NCBI GenBank assembly: GCA_963793265.1
Contig: CAWBZI010000001.1
Span: 992,001-1,056,000 of the forward strand
Reading direction: 5' to 3'
DNA from: an uncultured cyanobacterium
GTDB lineage: Bacteria > Cyanobacteriota > Cyanobacteriia > Phormidesmidales > Phormidesmidaceae
Length of the DNA stretch: 64,000 nucleotides
Part shown: piece after piece, positions 50,658 through 61,792 of the stretch
How the letters are laid out: each line of letters begins with the position of its first letter
Position numbering within the stretch: position 1 is the stretch's first letter
The notes under the pieces: model-generated
Database searches by the model: none
What the model was told of the DNA's origin: nothing
What the model saw: the letters and a program-made list of their open reading frames with translations, nothing else
Translations under genes and position numbers: made by a program

Positions 50658-52932
50658 TTAACCTACTGATATCATTCGAGCCAGGAAGAACGCCCATGTG
50701 GTGGCAATTCCGCCTAAGAGGTAGTGAGCTACACCGACTGCACGGCCTTGAGTAATACTCAACGCGCGTGGCTGAATCGCCGGAGCTACTTTCAGCTTGT
50801 TGTGAGCCCAAACAATAGACTCAATAAGCTCCTGCCAGTAGCCGCGACCGCTGAACAAGAACATGAGGCTGAAGGCCCAGATGAAGTGGGCACCTAAGAA
50901 CATCAAACCGTAGGCCGACAAAGCCGAGCCGTAGGTGTTGATGACCTGCGTGGCTTGCGCCCACAGGTAGTCGCGCAGCCAACCGTTGATGGTGATTGCA
51001 CTTGCGGCAAAGTTGCCGCCGGTAATATGAGAAACCGTGCCGTTATCAGAGACGGTGCCCCACACGTCTGACTGCATCTTCCAACTGAAGTGGAAAATTA
51101 CAATCGAGATGGAGTTGTACATCCAGAACAAGCCAAGGAACACGTGATCCCAAGCTGATACTTGGCAGGTGCCGCCACGACCGGGGCCGTCGCAAGGGAA
51201 TCGGAAGCCCAGTTCAGCCTTATCAGGAATAAGGCGAGAGCTACGCGAATACAGCACACCCTTAAGCAGGATGAGTACGGTCACGTGAATGGTGAACGCG
51301 TGAATGTGGTGAACCATGAAGTCAGCGGTGCCAAGCGTGATTGGCATCATCGCAACCTTGCCGCCCACAGCTACCACGTCGCCGCCAAAGGCATAGCTCG
51401 CAGGAGCAAGTGCGTTAGGCGCGGTGCCAGCAGCAGCGGTTGCAGCAGTGTGCAATCCCTGAATCCACTGGGCGAAGATGGGCTGAAGCTGAATCGCCGT
51501 GTCTGAGAACATGTCTTGGGGGCGACCCAATGCCTGCATGGTGTCGTTGTGAATGTATAGGCCAAAGCTGTGGAAGCCAAGGAAAATACAGACCCAGTTG
51601 AGGTGAGAGATGATCGCATCGCGGACTCTAAGCGTACGGTCGAGCACGTTGTTGACATGCTTGGCCGGGTCGTAGTCGCGAATCAGGGCGATCGCTCCGT
51701 GAGCCCCAGCACCGACGATGATAAATCCACCAATCCACATGTGATGAGTGAACAGCGACACTTGAGTCGCGTAGTCAGTCGCCAGGTAAGGATACGGCGG
51801 CATCGCATACATATGCTGAGCCACGATGATAGTGAGCGAGCCGAGCAAAGCGAGGTTAATCGCAAGCTGAGCGTGCCAGGAAGTCGTCAAGAAGTCGTAT
51901 AGACCCTTGTGACCTTCACCACCAAACAAAAGCGGATCGCCTTTGTGGTTGTCTAAAATCTGCTTGATATTGTGACCAATGCCCCAGTTAGTGCGGTACA
52001 TATGGCCCGCAACTAAAAATAGAACAGCGATCGCCAGGTGATGGTGAGCCGAATCAGTCAGCCACAGACCGCCCGTCACCGGGTTCAATCCACCTTTGAA
52101 GGTAAGAAAGTCTGAGTAGACCGCCCAGTTCAGCGTAAAGAAGGGCTTCAAGCCTTCTGCAAAACCAGGATAAAGCTCAGCCATAAAGGCTTTGTCAAAC
52201 AAGAATTCGTGAGGCAGCGGAATGTCCGCAGGCGCCACGCCCGCATCCAACAGTTTGTTGATGGGCGCGGCTACGTGAATCTGGTGGCCTGCCCAAGACA
52301 GTGAACCCAAGCCCAGCAGTACAGCCAGGTGGTGGTTCAGCATGGATTCCACGTTTTGGAACCACTCCAGCTTCGGAGCTGCCTTGTGGTAATGGAACCA
52401 GCCAGCAAACAGCATCAAAGCCGCCATTACCAAGCCGCCAATTGCGGTGGCGTAGAGCTGAGTTGTGTTTGTAAAGCCAGAGGCGCGCCAGAGCTGAAAC
52501 AGACCAGACGTGATCTGAATGCCGTGGAAGCCGCCGCCGACATCAGCGTTCAAGATCTCTTGGCCAACGATGGGCCAAACGACCTGAGCACTAGGCTTAA
52601 CAGCCAACGGGTTGGCCATCCAACCTTCAAAGTTTGAAAAGCGAGCGCCATGGAAGTACATGCCACTCAGCCAGATGAACACAACGGCCAGGTGACCGAA
52701 GTGAGCGCTAAAGATTTTCCGAGAAATGTCTTCGAGGTCACTGGTGTGGGTATCGAAGTCGTGAGCGTCGGCGTGAAGGTTCCAAATCCAAGTGGTAGTT
52801 TTGGGTGCCCCGAGCCAGTGTCCGGTCAAAATGACCTGGCTTGGCCCACTTCTCAAACGAAGTGGGGGTCGGGTTCTTATCAACCACTACCTTGGCTTTT
52901 TTTGCCTCCCGCTCGCGCGGGGTAGTTGTCAT
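50658..52932 (-). CDS. psaA: Photosystem I core protein PsaA (frameshift near 52807)
   Basis: [28 protein letters not shown] joins [18 protein letters not shown] after deleting one base; [18 protein letters not shown]. Confidence 0.97.
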
Positions 52933-53242
52933 GGAGACTCTCCTCTCTAGACAGAGAAAGAACGGTGTCATTTACAAGCGTTGGGCCAAAGCGTTAGGCG
53001 ATCCAGCCAGTAGGCGCATAGCGTTAGCTGATGATGCGCTCCAGCAAGCTTTTAAGGAAAAGCTTGAAAAGAGAGCATTGCTTCGCGACAGCCTCTGCAA
53101 AGAGGAATCTACCAGACCGGATCTCTTTTAAAAGACCGCATGTGCATGAAAGTAACGTTTCTAAAAAAACCGGAAACCCGGATCAATCGAAGGCTATTTT
53201 CATCGGCCTAAACCCAAGCAAAGTAAAGGAATGTTCTCACGT

Positions 53243-53248
53243 ATTATA
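53243..53248 (-). promoter_or_regulatory. Candidate -10 box of psaA
   Basis: TATAAT on the minus strand about 310 bp upstream of the psaA ATG. Confidence 0.35.
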
Positions 53249-53650
53249 GTCACGCTTTTGGCACCCGCTGACGCTAAGTTAACAAACCTTCAACCAGCGA
53301 AAATGCCGAGCCCAAAAGGTTTTCGCGCTTACCCGTACAGTTATTCGCAGGCAACTTACAGCCCTTTTAACAAAACGACATAAATTTCTCTGGCCAACGC
53401 TTTTTGCTGGCTTTTTTGCCCTCAATTGCCGGTTCACGAGAGAAATTTGACGACTAGGTATAGAGAGAGACAGAAAAGCTGTAAAGTTTTGCTCTTTTTG
53501 AAGAACTTTTATGAACTATGAGTGCAATTAGAGGATAGACGATTGCCTCATCAAACCGCCAAACAAACCTAAAGCCAACAGAAATTTAAGCTCAGTGAGA
53601 ATGAGCACCAACCGTCCCATATGATCGGTCTATAACTTTTAGGAGCGGGC

Positions 53651-55523
53651 ATGGGTTTCGCGAAGCAGATCAAACGGTGGGCATTGCAGCAGGCAGAACG
53701 ATTAGCGAGCAGTCTCAGGCGCACCACACTTAATGGACTAATCGGCAGCTTAATTGCCCTACTGCTACTAGGTTGCGCCAATCGTTCGCAGTCTGTTCGG
53801 CTCCTAGAGCTACCTGATATTCCCGACATAGGCGAAGAAAGACGGCTAGGCGGCGGCATGAGTGAAGTAGCGCCCCCAGCAATTTTCTTGGATCTAAACG
53901 AGCTAGTAGCAGACATGCGTCCACAGGTGGCGATCGCCTCTCCAAAGCCTGACCAAACCCTAACCACCACGACCATCACCCCGCAGCTAACCCTACGCGG
54001 CCTCTCTATATATAAGGACAAAGATCTAAACCTCGGCCCCCATCTCCAGATCATTCTCGACAACCAGCCTGCCCAGTCGGTCTACAGCCTAGACGAGCCA
54101 ATTGAATTCTCTGAGCTAGCCCCCGGCAGTCATACCCTGCGCGTACTTGCCGTAAAACCCTGGGGCGAAAGCTTCAAAAACGAAGAAGCCTACGCCCAAA
54201 CCACCTTTCACGTTTTCGCCAAAACCAACGAGAACACCCCCACAGCAAGAGCAGCCGCAGCTAGTCTACAGCGAGCCGCAAGGCACCTATGGCGCGCAGC
54301 CCGTTCTTCTCGACTTCTACCTCAATAATGCACCGCTACATTTTCTGGCCGAGAGCGATCCCGAGATCACAGACTGGCGGATACGCTGCAATGTCAACGG
54401 TCAAAGCTTTGTGTTTGACCAGTGGCAGCCGGTTTATCTCAAAGGCTTCAAGCCAGGACAGAACTGGGTGCAGCTCACCTTGATAGATCAGCAGGGCAGA
54501 ACCATTGACAATGAATTTAATAGCACCGTCCGCCTCGTCAACTACGATCCTGAGCTGAAAGATACGCTATCAAGGCTCACCCGAGGCGAGCTACCGCTTA
54601 ATGAAGCCGGGCAACTGGTAGATCCTAACTACGAGCCGCCAGCAGAAGCGATCGCCCCCACAGCACCAATAGCCCCTGTTGTCCCTATCGAACCCGCCGT
54701 TGAGGACAAAACTGAGCCAAACGCTATCGAAAGCGAAAAGCCTACTGAGCCTGATGCAAAAATCGTACTGCCCAAAGAAAGCTTGCCAGGGTCACTAGAA
54801 GAACCTGCCAAAGAACCAAGCGGCATTCTAGAAGAAGCAACTGACGCTGCGCCTATCGATTTTAGTGACAGTGAATTTAGTGACTTTGATAAGTTCGTTG
54901 AGGATAGAGTTATCGAGGAAGAAGCGACTGAGGAAAGTGATGGGCCCGCCTTTGAAGAAGCCGCTGAGGATGCTGCTATTAAAGACGCTATTGAGAGCGA
55001 GCCATCACCAGACTTTGGGGAAGCTTCCGAAGCTTTAGAAGCAGTTGACAGGGAAGAAGCTGCTAGCGAAGAAGCGCTTATGGAAGAGATAGACGAAACT
55101 GAGAATGATAGCGAAGAAATTTTTGAGGAAAGTGGCTCACCTATCGACGAGGAATTATTCACCGAAGATGAGCCACCTACTGAAGACGAACCATCTCTAA
55201 CAGGTGAAGTAGAATCAGACATTCAAGTAGACGATCCGCCGCCTGCTAGCGCTAGCTTTTTTGATCGGATTCAATCGTCTTGGCGATCGCTAAACACTCC
55301 CAAGCCAACCCAGACAAATGAATCTACCCCTAACATTCCTGAACCGCCCACAATACTTGAGCCACCCGCAGACGATTTCCCTATAGAAAATCCACTGCTC
55401 ATCCCCGAACTACAGCTATCAGATCTCGACGAGTTGAGTACAGAAACGACCATCCCCGACACCTTACAAAGCCCAGAAACGCCTACCGCAGTCCCAGAAC
55501 TCGCGCTTGACGCTATCGATTGA
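53651..55523 (+). CDS. Putative lipoprotein with long acidic Pro/Glu-rich tail (frameshift near 54240)
   Basis: LLLLGC lipobox; LGPHLQIILDN..GSHTLRV..PWGESFKN; continues EQPQLVYSEPQGTYGAQPVLLDFYL after removing one C from a C5 run. Confidence 0.75.
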
Positions 55524-55625
55524 CCAAGATCACATCAAACATCAGCCCAAATGGTTTGAAACAATTCATCTGGGCAAAATATGACTAAACAACTGATAGA
55601 ACAGTCATATAGATGAGGTGCTGAA

Positions 55626-56810
55626 TTGTTTAAAGCAGCAGTGGGCCATGGGATTGATCCAGACTCTATCGGTGCTATCGAAGAAGCCTTAGAGCAGTGC
55701 GCTGAAGCGTTAGCGGACGATATTCCGCAGGCAGGCATCGTCATCGGTGCCATTGATTTTGAGTACGAAGAGATCCTTGAATATATTCGAGAGCGCTATC
55801 CAAACGTCGTACTGATAGGCGGCACTAGCATCGGTGAAATGTCTTCGGCAATGGCTTTTCAGGAAGACTCGCTGACGCTGATGCTGTTTTGCTCTGATGA
55901 AGTGAGCTTTGGAGTCGGCGTAGGGTATGAGGCCAGCGAAGATACGATTGCCTCTGCAAAATCAGCGATCGCCCAAGCCACAGCCGGAAAAGACCTTTCA
56001 GAGGTAAAGCTCTGCTACAGCTTAGGCGACGGACTCAGCCTTGATGGCGTCGCCATGGTCGCAGGACTTAAGGAAGCCGTAGGTTGCGGCATACCCATAG
56101 TCGGCGGACTTACAGCCGAAGATTGGCAGTTCGAGCACACCTATCAGCTCATCAGCACGCCTGATAAAACCGAAGTTTTACAAAACGCCATTGTGGCGCT
56201 AACGTTCGCGGGCAACCTCAATGTTTCTTACGGAACAGCTACAGGTCAGCGGCCCATCGGCCTCAAAGGCAAAGTCACTAAGTCTATCAGCAACATTCTC
56301 TACGAAATTGACGAGAAACCCGCTAAGAATTTCTACGTGCATACCCTCGGAGAAGGCGACGTAGCGGTAGTCAGGAGTGGTTCTTGGGGAAGTGCGATCG
56401 CGGTGTACGAACCCGAAGAAACAGACTTTTATGTGCGATCGCCTAACCTAGATGGAAACCCTGATGGCAGCATTGCTTTCTTTGGACACGTAGCCGAACA
56501 GGCCATCGTTCAGCTCACAGAATCTGATAGTGAAAGCTTGTTATCCTCTGCCCAAGAAGCGTTTCAAAAAGCACAGGCAGCCTATCCTGGCACTGAGCCA
56601 GCAGCGGCTTTGATGGTATCTTGCGCATCGCGGATGAAGGCTTTGGGGACTCGCGTGGGTGAAGAGTATAAGCTGACCGAAGATTTTTTGGGCAAGCAGC
56701 TACCTAGCATCGGTTTCTATGCCTATGGAGAAATCAGCCCGTTTACCGGCAAAACAGATGCTCATTTTCACAACGAAACCTTTACAGCTCTCCTCATCGG
56801 AACGCGATAA
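55626..56810 (+). CDS. FIST-domain (NosP-like) sensor protein
   Basis: LIGGTSIGEM, PIVGGLTA, LYEIDEKPA, VSCASR, GFYAYGEI, FHNET. Confidence 0.9.
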   Translation: MFKAAVGHGIDPDSIGAIEEALEQCAEALADDIPQAGIVIGAIDFEYEEILEYIRERYPNVVLIGGTSIGEMSSAMAFQEDSLTLMLFCSDEVSFGVGVGYEASEDTIASAKSAIAQATAGKDLSEVKLCYSLGDGLSLDGVAMVAGLKEAVGCGIPIVGGLTAEDWQFEHTYQLISTPDKTEVLQNAIVALTFAGNLNVSYGTATGQRPIGLKGKVTKSISNILYEIDEKPAKNFYVHTLGEGDVAVVRSGSWGSAIAVYEPEETDFYVRSPNLDGNPDGSIAFFGHVAEQAIVQLTESDSESLLSSAQEAFQKAQAAYPGTEPAAALMVSCASRMKALGTRVGEEYKLTEDFLGKQLPSIGFYAYGEISPFTGKTDAHFHNETFTALLIGTR

Positions 56811-57989
56811 GTGACCTCTTCAACCTCAGCAGCACCTCAGGGCCAAAGTGATAGGCCAAACGACGACAGTCAGGCAGGCGATATTCAAAAAGAAATAAAA
56901 GCTCTGACAAAGGCCAACCGAATTTTACAAAAGCGGTTGACGAGATCAGAAAAAACACGGGCCGAAATGGAAGCGGTGACAGAGCAGCGTGAGCAAGGAC
57001 TGAAGGCAGCTTTGCAAAAGGCTGAAAGCGATCGCGCCCAGATTACCGAAGCCAAAGCACAGCTCACAGTACTCAACCAAAAGCTCGCTGAGCGCATCGA
57101 AGCTGAAACGGCTGCTTTGAATGAGGCAACTGATAGCCTGCAGCAGGCTAAGGTGCAGGTCGTAAAGAGTGAGAAGTTTTCGACGTTAGGAGAGTTGGTT
57201 GCAGGCGTCGCTCACGAAATCAACAATCCCATCGGCTGCATCACCAGCAACATTAGATTCGTTGAAGAATATGGTGAGATGCTATTGAAGCATGTGGCTA
57301 TTCAGCAACAGGTGATAGAAGCACATGCACAGCATATCGCTCCGGCAGATCTCGAAAAGATAGAAGATCATGCTGAAGATATTGACCTGGAATATATCGC
57401 AGAAGATTTACCGAAGCTGATTACGTCAATGGCGACCAGTGGCGATCGCATCAAAGCCATCAGCCGATCACTGCGCACATTCGCCCGCTCAGACATTGCT
57501 GAAAAGCAGCCCTACGACATCCATCAAGGTATCGATGGCACCCTGCTTATTTTGCGGCATCGAATGAAAGCATTTGGCGATCGCCCTGCTATCACCGTCA
57601 TCCAAAACTACGGTTCCATTCCAGCAATTCACTGCTATCCCGGCCAGATTAATCAGGTGTTTATGAACATCATTGCCAACGCTATTGATGCGATGGACGA
57701 GGGCGAAAAGCCTTCTGGCCCCCGAGAAATTTCTATCACCACGCTTACTGAACAGCCTGACGCGCAGCGGATTATCGTCGAAATTAGCGACAATGCCGGA
57801 GGAATGTCCGAGGATGTGCGATCACGCATCTTCGAGAGCCAGTTCACCACCAAAGCCGCCGAAAAAGGCACTGGCCTCGGCCTTTCCATTGCCCGCCAGA
57901 TTGTGATCGACACCCATCAGGGCGAAATTGAGTGCAGCTCGACGCTGGGTCAAGGTACCACATTCAAAATTACGCTGCCGGTTAGCTAG
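56811..57989 (+). CDS. Soluble sensor histidine kinase (coiled coil, HisKA, HATPase)
   Basis: GVAHEINNP, QVFMNIIANAIDA, DNAGGM, FTTK..GTGLGL. Confidence 0.95.
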   Translation: MTSSTSAAPQGQSDRPNDDSQAGDIQKEIKALTKANRILQKRLTRSEKTRAEMEAVTEQREQGLKAALQKAESDRAQITEAKAQLTVLNQKLAERIEAETAALNEATDSLQQAKVQVVKSEKFSTLGELVAGVAHEINNPIGCITSNIRFVEEYGEMLLKHVAIQQQVIEAHAQHIAPADLEKIEDHAEDIDLEYIAEDLPKLITSMATSGDRIKAISRSLRTFARSDIAEKQPYDIHQGIDGTLLILRHRMKAFGDRPAITVIQNYGSIPAIHCYPGQINQVFMNIIANAIDAMDEGEKPSGPREISITTLTEQPDAQRIIVEISDNAGGMSEDVRSRIFESQFTTKAAEKGTGLGLSIARQIVIDTHQGEIECSSTLGQGTTFKITLPVS

Positions 57990-57992
57990 CGC

Positions 57993-58982
57993 CTACAGAT
58001 CACAAGATTCGGGTTTAAGTTCGCGCTCCATCAGGGCTCCTAGCGCCTCTTGTGGCGTAATTCGGCCCTTGAGCAAGCGATCAACCTGGCGCGAGATGGG
58101 GACGGGAATGCCTTCGCGGTTTGCGATCGCAATCAAAACATCCGCCGTATTCACACCCTCAGCCGTTCCGCCCAGCTCTTCTAAAATCTGCTCTAACGTC
58201 TTACCCTGCGCCAAGCCGTAGCCGACCCGATAGTTACGGCTCAAGCTACTGCTACAGGTCGCGAGCATATCGCCCAGGCCGCTAAGCCCATAAAAAGTCT
58301 CAACTTCCGCCGCGCCCAAGTGCATCCCAATCCGAATCACTTCCGGTAGCGCCCGCGTCATCAGCGCGCATTTTGCGTTCGTTCCTAAGTCCAAGCCATC
58401 GCAAACGCCCACCGCGATCGCCATCACATTTTTCAGCGTTCCGCCCAGCTCAGCGCCCAGCGGATCAGGGCTCGTATACACCCGAAACTGATCGGAAGAA
58501 AACATAGTCTGCACCGTTTCAGCCGCTGCCAAGTCCGCGCTCGCAATCACTGTCGCCGCAGGCAGTCCCTTATCAATTTCCTTAGAAAGATTAGGGCCAG
58601 ATAGCACCGCTACCGGATTATTTGGAAACGTCTGCTGAAAAATCTGTGACGGCGTTCGCGTCGTTTCAGGGTCTAGCCCTTTAGTCGCCGTCAATAAAAT
58701 GACGTGCTCTGGTAGCGACAAAGCCTCTAGCTGACGCGCAATCGACGCCACCCCTTTCATCGAAATCGCTGACAGAATAATGTCAGCCCCCTCAACGACC
58801 TCACCCAAATCGCGACCGTTACGACGCGACCAAACCCGTACGGTATGGCCGTTGTACTTAGCGAGCTGGGCTAGCGCCGACCCCCAAGCTCCCGACCCTA
58901 ACACCGCTAGTTGAAAAACCTGACTCGCCTGCGTTTGACTAGAGGCTGAGGGTGTTGAAGTAATCGTGGCAGAGGCCGACAT
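57993..58982 (-). CDS. gpsA: NAD(P)H-dependent glycerol-3-phosphate dehydrogenase
   Basis: GSGAWG, ATKGL, SGPNLSKEI, GGTLKNV, GLGDMLATC..SRNY. Confidence 0.95.
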   Translation of the reverse strand: MSASATITSTPSASSQTQASQVFQLAVLGSGAWGSALAQLAKYNGHTVRVWSRRNGRDLGEVVEGADIILSAISMKGVASIARQLEALSLPEHVILLTATKGLDPETTRTPSQIFQQTFPNNPVAVLSGPNLSKEIDKGLPAATVIASADLAAAETVQTMFSSDQFRVYTSPDPLGAELGGTLKNVMAIAVGVCDGLDLGTNAKCALMTRALPEVIRIGMHLGAAEVETFYGLSGLGDMLATCSSSLSRNYRVGYGLAQGKTLEQILEELGGTAEGVNTADVLIAIANREGIPVPISRQVDRLLKGRITPQEALGALMERELKPESCDL

Positions 58983-59048
58983 AAAAGGGATCTCCTAAAG
59001 AGCAAAAGCAAAAAAAGCAAATGCAAGATCAATAATAAGCACTTCGCC

Positions 59049-60815
59049 CTAGCCTACCGCAAGCTGAGGTTCTAGCTCACCAGAACGGGCCGCCGGTTCA
59101 CTAGAATATTCGCTGCCCAACACATCGCTAATAGCATAGTCAGGAATACAGTTTTCAGCCATCAGCCGCTTGTATCGGTCAACAGAATCAGCACATTTCT
59201 GCTCGCTCCAACCACAGTGATCCTTCAAAGTTTGCACAATCACATCCAAACCGCTGAGCCCATAGGCCGACTGCAAAGACATCATCGTTCGCCGCCGACA
59301 GATGTCCGAAATTGTACAGGCCATCTCCGAGTTCACCGCGTACACAACCTGCGCTTTAATATCTGGCAAACCATCCGCAATGGGCTCAGCTAGCTCTGGC
59401 GCGTCGTCAATAAGCTGCAACAGGCCAAAAGTGCGTGCGCCGTAGAGCGTGAATAGGTGGTCAAGAGTAGGGAGTGAAAGGCGATCGCAATACGCCTCAG
59501 TCGCCTCTGCAATCCGAGGATCGGTAGGCAAAATCGCCCCCGGCAGCGTCTGCACGCGCGTTTGGCAAGCCGTCTTACTCGCGCCCTGCCGCTTATAGGC
59601 CCAGTCCACCATCTCCTCACCTACCCGCCGATGGGTCGTGAGCTTACCGCCAATTAAAGACACCATATTCACCACGCCTTCGCGGCTATGGTCATACAAA
59701 ATATGATTACGCGTCACTGCGCCCGGCTTTTTACCTTTCTCATAAGGCAAAGGCCGTACGCCTGAGTAGGTAAACTTCACCGACTCCCGGCTCAGCCGTG
59801 CCGATGGAAATACCTTATTCGTTTCGGTGATCAAGTAGTCAATCTCATCGTTACTCGCCTTCACTCGATCCAAATCGCCCTCGAACCGTAGATCCGTTGT
59901 GCCGATGAGGTACTGGCCTAAAAATGGCAGGATGAAAAAAGGTCGGTTGTCGCTGAGCGCTTCTACGTAAAAGGCCGCTTCTGGGGCACCAGGGAAAGCA
60001 TCCACTACGATGTGGCTCCCTTTGGTGCCGCCAATTCTGTGACTATCGCCCAAGGGCGCATTGCGATCGCCCTCCACCACCTCATCACACACCTCATCAA
60101 CCCAAGGCCCAGAGGTATTCACCACAATCGTTTTATCGTGAGTAGCGATCGCAAACGTCTGCTCAGACAGCTCATCTTTACAGCTCAACGCCGTAATCCG
60201 ATTGCCTTGACGCACCAGCTCGGTCACCTTGACATAGTTCAGCACGTCCGCACCCGCCGCCTGCGCCGACAGCACAATCTCCAAACACAATCGCTCGGCA
60301 TACTCCACCTGCCCGTCATAATATTGCGCCGCGCCCTGCACCCCTTCAGGATTCACCTCCCGAAATAGCTGCTTCAGCTTTCCTTTAGGCAGCATTCGAT
60401 GGTTCAGCAGCGTCTTATCAAAGCTCAGCAGGTCGTACAGCACCATCCCTGCCCAAATTTCCCAGTAGCTCCGTGTACCCTGCGCGTAAATGGGAATCGT
60501 CAGTTGCAATGGATGCACTAAATGAGGCGCGCTTCGCAGCAAGATCTCGCGCTCAGCTAGCGACTCACGCACCAAATTAAACTCAAAATATTCCAGATAG
60601 CGCAGCCCGCCATGCACCAGCCGCGACGACCAGCTCGTTGTGCCACAGGCAAAGTCACCCTTATCAATCAATACAGTCTTCAGCCCTCTCAGCGCAGCGT
60701 CTCTAGCCGTTGCAGCGCCGTTGATACCTCCTCCAATCACGATCAGGTCGTACGCCTGGCTATCAATTGAGGAAAAATCACGTTCAGCTACAGACGATTT
60801 CAAAGGCATCTTCAA
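59049..60815 (-). CDS. glpD: FAD-dependent glycerol-3-phosphate dehydrogenase
   Basis: IGGGINGA, GTTSWSSRLVHGGLRYLE, GTTD, SGVRPL, GGKLTTHR. Confidence 0.93.
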   Translation of the reverse strand: MKMPLKSSVAERDFSSIDSQAYDLIVIGGGINGAATARDAALRGLKTVLIDKGDFACGTTSWSSRLVHGGLRYLEYFEFNLVRESLAEREILLRSAPHLVHPLQLTIPIYAQGTRSYWEIWAGMVLYDLLSFDKTLLNHRMLPKGKLKQLFREVNPEGVQGAAQYYDGQVEYAERLCLEIVLSAQAAGADVLNYVKVTELVRQGNRITALSCKDELSEQTFAIATHDKTIVVNTSGPWVDEVCDEVVEGDRNAPLGDSHRIGGTKGSHIVVDAFPGAPEAAFYVEALSDNRPFFILPFLGQYLIGTTDLRFEGDLDRVKASNDEIDYLITETNKVFPSARLSRESVKFTYSGVRPLPYEKGKKPGAVTRNHILYDHSREGVVNMVSLIGGKLTTHRRVGEEMVDWAYKRQGASKTACQTRVQTLPGAILPTDPRIAEATEAYCDRLSLPTLDHLFTLYGARTFGLLQLIDDAPELAEPIADGLPDIKAQVVYAVNSEMACTISDICRRRTMMSLQSAYGLSGLDVIVQTLKDHCGWSEQKCADSVDRYKRLMAENCIPDYAISDVLGSEYSSEPAARSGELEPQLAVG

Positions 60816-61221
60816 AAAGGATGAGTTACGCAGTTATCCTACCGAATACACCTTAGAAAGACATGTGCATAAAGGACATTTTTAAGGAGGCTGATATCTG
60901 CATGTCTTCAGCTCATAACATGTTTTACCGCGCCAGCAGGGCACAGAACCCTTGTTTTTACATCAATTTTCTTCTGACTATTATTTTTCCAAGGTTGAAA
61001 ATCCATAACCCATGGGGAACACTGGGTCAATCGGGTTCAAGTTCAAGATTTATTAGATTCTTTTAATAATCATGTTACGAATCTCGATACAAAACTTCTC
61101 ACAGTGCTAAAATTCTTAAATGATTTAAGATAATTGAGTAGGAAATACATCGTTAGACAGATGTTACCTTTTCTAACTTAGTGCTTTGAATTTCGTAATT
61201 TCTAGTTGGGGCTTGGGACAG

Positions 61222-61536
61222 ATGGAAGGCAAACTCAAGGAATTAGTTGGCAAGCCCGGTGTTTGGCTTTACATCCAAAGCAGCCAGGGCTGGTTTAAGA
61301 ATGTTGAAATCTTAGAAGTTGGCGACAACGTTCTGACCTTTCGATACGAGTCCGAGTCTGACACTGAGCGCAAAGTGTGGGAAAAAACCACGCGGATCGA
61401 TAACGTTTCAGAGATTGAAGTGCGCTTGGTAGTAGTGCCTAAAATGAACAATCCCCAGCTCGCCGATATTCGCGGGCAGCTCTCAAAGCTCTTGCAAAAA
61501 GACAGTGGCCCTGAGGCTGATAACCGCATCGTATAA
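61222..61536 (+). CDS. Hypothetical protein (DUF6679-like)
   Basis: W..NVEILEVGDNVLTFRYE..VWE..RID; has its own terminator. Confidence 0.65.
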   Translation: MEGKLKELVGKPGVWLYIQSSQGWFKNVEILEVGDNVLTFRYESESDTERKVWEKTTRIDNVSEIEVRLVVVPKMNNPQLADIRGQLSKLLQKDSGPEADNRIV

Positions 61537-61573
61537 GGGCCTGTCTAGCTTTTTTATACGTATCTATTTACTG

Positions 61574-61610
61574 AAAGTAGGCTGTCTCTAAAAGGCAGCC
61601 TGCTTTTTTT
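61574..61610 (+). terminator. Rho-independent terminator
   Basis: AAAGTAGGCTGTCT..AGGCAGCCTGCTTTTTTT. Confidence 0.8.
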
Positions 61611-61683
61611 GCGCTGAAAGTTAATGTCTATTAGGCTAATGATTAGCCTGTAGAATGATGGCTCCGACTCTGTAGTCAAATAA

Positions 61684-61753
61684 GGCCAGAATCAAATAGG
61701 GCCAGAATCAAATAGGGCCAGAATCAAATAGGGCCAGAATCAAATAGGGCCAG
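61684..61753. repeat. Perfect 16-bp tandem repeat, four full copies plus a partial
   Basis: (GGCCAGAATCAAATAG)x4 + GGCCAG; no spacers. Confidence 0.95.
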
Positions 61754-61792
61754 GTAGAGAGGCCACCTAGTAGGAGCCACAGCGAACGTCGA

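Noticed and set aside
50658..52932. psaA as a real pseudogene or a far-red-light paralog
   Set aside because: There is a single indel in an otherwise intact essential gene, of the same type as five others; no far-red cluster genes are adjacent
54629..55222. Ser-rich 197-aa antisense ORF
   Set aside because: It is the mirror of the Glu/Asp-rich low-complexity tail on the + strand
61684..61753. Possible CRISPR array
   Set aside because: The 16-bp units are contiguous with no spacers, and there are no cas genes in the window
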